A stretch of DNA of 64,000 nt, taken from positions 1 to 64,000 of the IMG/VR virus record IMGVR_UViG_3300020057_001228, one strand, 5' to 3'. Shown piece after piece: positions 62,997 through 64,000 of this stretch (positions are counted from its first letter, which is position 1; every line of letters starts with the position of its first letter). The notes under the pieces are model-generated. The model saw nothing but the letters and a program-made list of their open reading frames with translations, did not search any database and was not told the DNA's origin. The translations under genes were made by a program, and so were the position numbers. Source of the DNA: a virus (Duplodnaviria; Heunggongvirae; Uroviricota; Caudoviricetes).

Positions 62997-64000
62997 ATGG
63001 CATTAAGAGACACAATCTTATCTAATACAGATCCAATCATTGGTATGGTCAGAACAACGAACGTTCTGCTTGCCAGTAAAAGTGCTGCAGATATTCGTGC
63101 GGTACTTAACGATCACTCATTCCCACGCATCCGTATGCGTATCCTGACTGCTACAAAGAGCTTCGTAAACGGTGAAGGCTCAGGTAAGCAGGAAGGTCTA
63201 TCTATCTGGTTTGACGACCTGCGACAGATGGCTGATCCATTTATCCAGGCACAGGTAGATACAGAGATCGAAACGATGATCTCTACCAACCCTTTAATCA
63301 GGGATGCTATCTATAGCATTGCTGCTAAACTCACAGGTTCCTACCTAACAAATGCTCTAGCTGCCCAGGTTGCCGCTCAGGCTAACTATGCTGCTGAACT
63401 AGAGCGTCAGGCTATGGAAGACCTTGAGAAGTTGCTACGTACTCCGTTCTTCACAGGTACTGTAGCTACTTTCAGAGAGACACAAGCCTCTGCTGCTAAA
63501 GCTCCACGTATCTTCATGGCGCTAGACATCGATGACAACACCTCGAACTACACATCTTCTACCAACATAGGTGTTACCTATACGGGAGTTGTAGTAGCTG
63601 GTCAGGCACGTATGTGGATTGGCCTAGACACTGTAGTCGTTAACGTCAACGTTGGGGACAAGCCTAACCTGATTCTCAACAGGCTAGCTGCTCAGTGGAG
63701 AACAGTACAGACTACGCGTAACCTAACCAACGTAGCGCCTATCAATGTAGTACTAGCACCAGACGAGGGGTTCCCTGTAGCAGGTACGAGGAAGACTCAG
63801 TATAAAGACTACAGCATCAACCCTCTAGGGACGCCTGTAGGTACTCCTGTCAGCCCTGCTATATCTACTAACCTGAGCTTTATGCAGGCTACTCCTTATC
63901 AGTACGATAAGACTGTAGACTTCTTGAACGTAACTATGGAGTTATGGTCAGAGACAGTTCTGGGTAGTGCTGTATTTGATCAACCTGGTATTAAGGGTCT
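62997..64000 (+). CDS. structural protein, 5' partial at window end (more than 334 aa, MALRDTILSNTDPIIG...)
   Basis: Open reading frame from ATG at 62997 with no stop through 64000; not in ORF track because open-ended. Confidence 0.45.
   Translation, partial: MALRDTILSNTDPIIGMVRTTNVLLASKSAADIRAVLNDHSFPRIRMRILTATKSFVNGEGSGKQEGLSIWFDDLRQMADPFIQAQVDTEIETMISTNPLIRDAIYSIAAKLTGSYLTNALAAQVAAQANYAAELERQAMEDLEKLLRTPFFTGTVATFRETQASAAKAPRIFMALDIDDNTSNYTSSTNIGVTYTGVVVAGQARMWIGLDTVVVNVNVGDKPNLILNRLAAQWRTVQTTRNLTNVAPINVVLAPDEGFPVAGTRKTQYKDYSINPLGTPVGTPVSPAISTNLSFMQATPYQYDKTVDFLNVTMELWSETVLGSAVFDQPGIKG

Overview
The window reads as one segment of a large tailed dsDNA phage; no terminase, DNA polymerase or integrase is present, so the genome extends beyond it. 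About 90 consecutive genes on the minus strand (1-53,238) are followed by a plus-strand virion module (53.3-64 kb). Main contents, left to right:
- tRNA genes and accessory enzymes (0.4-12.6 kb): four minus-strand tRNAs at 464-777 (one clean tRNA-Phe), then NADAR, SPFH/band-7 with a coupled small membrane protein, a DnaJ J-domain protein, two NT5C-type 5'-deoxyribonucleotidases, family-1 uracil-DNA glycosylase, an RlpA-like secreted DPBB protein, a DUF1273/YoqJ-like protein and a BCS1-like AAA+ ATPase.
- Paralog array (9.8-25.1 kb, outliers at 2.0-3.6 kb): at least 40 small ORFs of 60-130 aa sharing a C-terminal motif of the form D-x-x-L-C-x-x-L-W-R-I-x-x-x-K/R, which I do not recognise as a described family.
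- Noncoding region (25.15-26.4 kb): an AT-rich promoter-like stretch, a DUF4326 gene and iteron-like repeats, followed by tRNA-Met(CAT) and tRNA-Arg(TCT).
- High-GC island (27.2-43.2 kb, all minus strand): a 1236-aa protein whose motifs closely mirror the RNA polymerase beta-prime catalytic barrel (KxxxLH...NQGDFDGD); a TctA-like membrane protein; and a run of small membrane, secreted and Cys-rich genes. Each small gene is preceded by a conserved 5'UTR element (perfect palindrome CATGCACATGTGCATG in three copies, a 40-bp element in two, and a GAAAGGA RBS) and followed by a near-identical GGGGC-loop-GCCCC T-tract terminator.
- A lone plus-strand RHH-like regulator at the island edge (43,345-43,668).
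- A 2933-aa giant protein (44,437-53,238) beside the virion module that also carries a beta-prime-like motif (APSL...GK...LGDWDGDQ) and a candidate beta-like GRFQHAKGF motif.
- Virion module (53.9-64 kb): candidate portal, a paralogous pair of beta-rich proteins, a permuted NlpC/P60 peptidase, an acidic scaffold-like protein and a major capsid protein.
The strongest candidates for something new are the two DxDGD RNAP-like proteins with the promoter/terminator-cassette island, and the large paralog array. All functional calls are motif recognition by eye; no searches were run.
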